From an uncultured Gemmatimonadales bacterium (lineage in GTDB: Bacteria; Gemmatimonadota; Gemmatimonadetes; Palauibacterales; Palauibacteraceae), in the NCBI GenBank assembly GCA_963807645.1, contig CAWECO010000002.1, forward strand, positions 347,726-411,725: a stretch of 64,000 nucleotides of DNA, written 5' to 3'. This document shows, piece by piece, positions 62,255-64,000 of the stretch. Under the pieces are notes generated by a model. That model searched no databases. It was not told the DNA's origin and saw nothing but the letters and a program-made list of their open reading frames with translations. Within the stretch, counting starts at the first letter, position 1. Each line of letters opens with the position of its first letter. The translations under genes were made by a program, and so were the position numbers.

Positions 62255-63865
62255 CTACTTGACCACCAGCGCCGTGCGATCGTCCGCGGCGACCCCGCCC
62301 GGAGCGGCGGCCAATTCGAAGATCCGGTCGAGGACATCCTGCGCGCTGCCCCCCGAACGCTCCATGGCCATCCGGGTCAGACGCTCGTCCGACCACATAC
62401 GGTCGCTTTCGAGGCATTCGCTGATCCCGTCCGTGAACATGACGAGCATGTCGTTGCCCGGGCTCCATTCGACTTCCTTCTGCGAATAGGCGTCGAATTC
62501 CGCGATCCCGAGTGGAGGGTTGAGCGCATCCAGGCGCTGGGCCTCGGTAGAGTTGATGCGGAAGGCGTGAGGGTGGCCGGCGTTGGCATACTGGAGTGTG
62601 CCCGCGGCAGGGTCCAGCACCGCGTAACACAGCGTCATGTACATCTCGGTGGATTCGAGCTTGCGGACCAGTTCGTGGTGGATCCCGCGCAGGACTTCCG
62701 ATGGCTCTTCCCGCTCGCGCACGGTGATGGAAGCCGCGCTCATGGTCAAAGCCATGATGAGTCCGGCCGAGTATCCGTGGGAGCTTACATCGCCAAGCAT
62801 CACGCCCAGACGGTCGTTCGGCAGGCGGAACAGATGATAGAAATCGCCGCCCACCGAGTCCGCGGGCTCACAGCGTGCGGCCACGTCCGCCACTCCGGCG
62901 AAGTCTCCCAAATCCGGGAGAAGCTTCATCTGCAGGTGGTGCGCGAGTTCCAACTCGACGAGCATCCGTTCCTGGACCAGGCTCTCACGCGAAAGACGGT
63001 CGTTTTCGATCGCGGCCGCCAGGTGGGCCGCCACGGTGGCCGCCAGATTCACGTCCGCCTGAGAGAACGTGTCTCGCGCCTCTCTTCCCCGGGCCGAGAG
63101 TACCCCCAGCGGAAGAGTGCTTCCGTGCATGGCCGCGTGTTTCAGAGGAACCGCCAGAAGCGTCCGATCGCCGACCGCTTCCCCCAGGCCCCGCCGAGGC
63201 CTGACCTGGGCTACCTGCCGCTCGATGGTCCGGTCGACCCACTCGCGCTCCCCGGCCTCCAGTTCCGCGGTCTGTCGAGTCGCGGCTCGGCCCCCTGCGG
63301 CCAGGAGGCGAAGCGTCTCATCCTCGTTGGGGACCCAGACCGCCGCGCAATCCGAACTGACCACGTTCGCCAGGCGGTGCAGCAGGCGGCCCGCGGCTCG
63401 CTCGAGGTGTATCACGGACCCGAGAGTCTCCCCCACAGAGGTCAATAGATCGATTTCTTCGTATCGATCCGCGAGCTCCCCGGAGAAGAAACGGGCTTCG
63501 CTCTCCGAGGCCACGAGCCGACTGGCCGATTCGCGAAGGAGCGGCAGGAGGGACCGATTCTCCTGTCGGGACACCGGGGCCGTAGCCAACCGGATACGGA
63601 CACCCGGCATGACCAGCCAGGTGGTTTCCGTGAACTCGATACCGCGAGCATCGCCCAGCGAGTCGTGGGCGGTGACTTCGCCGGCGTCAGACTCGACGAC
63701 CAGGCGCGACCGCACCCCGGTGAGCCGGTGAAACGACTCGAGATATTCTTCGAGCCGGTCGCTTCGGAGCTGGCCCAAACCGCGGGCGATCGGACGATCG
63801 TTCGGCCCTTCGGTCGAACCTGTCATTCCGGTCGCCGGGGGCGTCCGCCCGGGATCCTGGTCCAC
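62255..63865 (-). CDS. GAF-domain PP2C/SpoIIE-family serine phosphatase (RsbU-like)
   Basis: 536 aa. The C-terminal SpoIIE region carries GGDFYHLF, GDVSSHG and FTDGISE; the middle resembles a GAF domain. Confidence 0.8.
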   Translation of the reverse strand: MDQDPGRTPPATGMTGSTEGPNDRPIARGLGQLRSDRLEEYLESFHRLTGVRSRLVVESDAGEVTAHDSLGDARGIEFTETTWLVMPGVRIRLATAPVSRQENRSLLPLLRESASRLVASESEARFFSGELADRYEEIDLLTSVGETLGSVIHLERAAGRLLHRLANVVSSDCAAVWVPNEDETLRLLAAGGRAATRQTAELEAGEREWVDRTIERQVAQVRPRRGLGEAVGDRTLLAVPLKHAAMHGSTLPLGVLSARGREARDTFSQADVNLAATVAAHLAAAIENDRLSRESLVQERMLVELELAHHLQMKLLPDLGDFAGVADVAARCEPADSVGGDFYHLFRLPNDRLGVMLGDVSSHGYSAGLIMALTMSAASITVREREEPSEVLRGIHHELVRKLESTEMYMTLCYAVLDPAAGTLQYANAGHPHAFRINSTEAQRLDALNPPLGIAEFDAYSQKEVEWSPGNDMLVMFTDGISECLESDRMWSDERLTRMAMERSGGSAQDVLDRIFELAAAPGGVAADDRTALVVK

Positions 63866-63869
63866 GAGC

Positions 63870-64000
63870 TCATTCCGTGAGGGTCAGCGTAATGGAATTT
63901 CCGCGCTCGTTGAAGCTCACTTCGTCGGTGAGTGACCGCAGGAGAAAAAGGCCCCTGCCGTGACTTCGTTCCCGGTTCTCGGGACGAGTCGGATCCAGGA
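63870..64000 (-). CDS. anti-sigma-factor-type serine kinase (RsbW-like HATPase), C-terminal fragment at window edge
   Basis: The minus-strand frame reads ...SHGRGLFLLRSLTDEVSFNERGNSITLTLTE-stop (TGA 63872..63870), typical of the end of an RsbW/SpoIIAB-like ATPase. The gene continues beyond 64000. Confidence 0.6.
   Translation of the reverse strand, partial: LDPTRPENRERSHGRGLFLLRSLTDEVSFNERGNSITLTLTE

Overview
High-GC (about two-thirds G+C by eye) bacterial chromosomal core segment, densely packed and mostly transcribed on the minus strand. I cannot assign a taxon from sequence alone. Recognisable content: the cell-shape cluster mreBCD-mrdA-rodA; ald; an M16 peptidase; pnp-rpsO; the ribF-truB-rbfA-DUF503-infB-ylxQ-like-nusA-rimP block; pgeF-murA; ptsN; uvrD; a sensor kinase; serS; a sugar-nucleotide operon; rseP-dxr-cdsA-uppS-thiI; msrPQ; two CAT-anticodon tRNAs; ftsB-eno; an SPFH protein; plsC-thiL; nnr; glyA; a Leu-dehydrogenase/acyl-CoA dehydrogenase/3-hydroxyacyl-CoA dehydrogenase/thiolase set; bioY; rex-arcA; rsmA; and an RsbU/RsbW-like pair. 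I saw no transposase, integrase, phage genes, CRISPR array or recognisable defence genes, so this reads as ordinary core genome, not an accessory island. The most conspicuous signal is at least 17 reading-frame disruptions in otherwise well-conserved, partly essential genes (pnp, infB, uvrD, uppS, eno, ftsB, nnr, acd, hbd and others). Nearly all are a net +1 base, one being an exact 10-bp tandem duplication in infB. Consensus or assembly error is the likeliest explanation but needs checking. Secondary points: a roughly 70-bp AT-rich island with overlapping palindromes, a Rex-type operator in front of rex-arcA, a terminator-capped structured non-coding stretch next to the tRNAs, and a few uncharacterised small or secreted proteins. 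I did not find a convincing novel multi-gene system.
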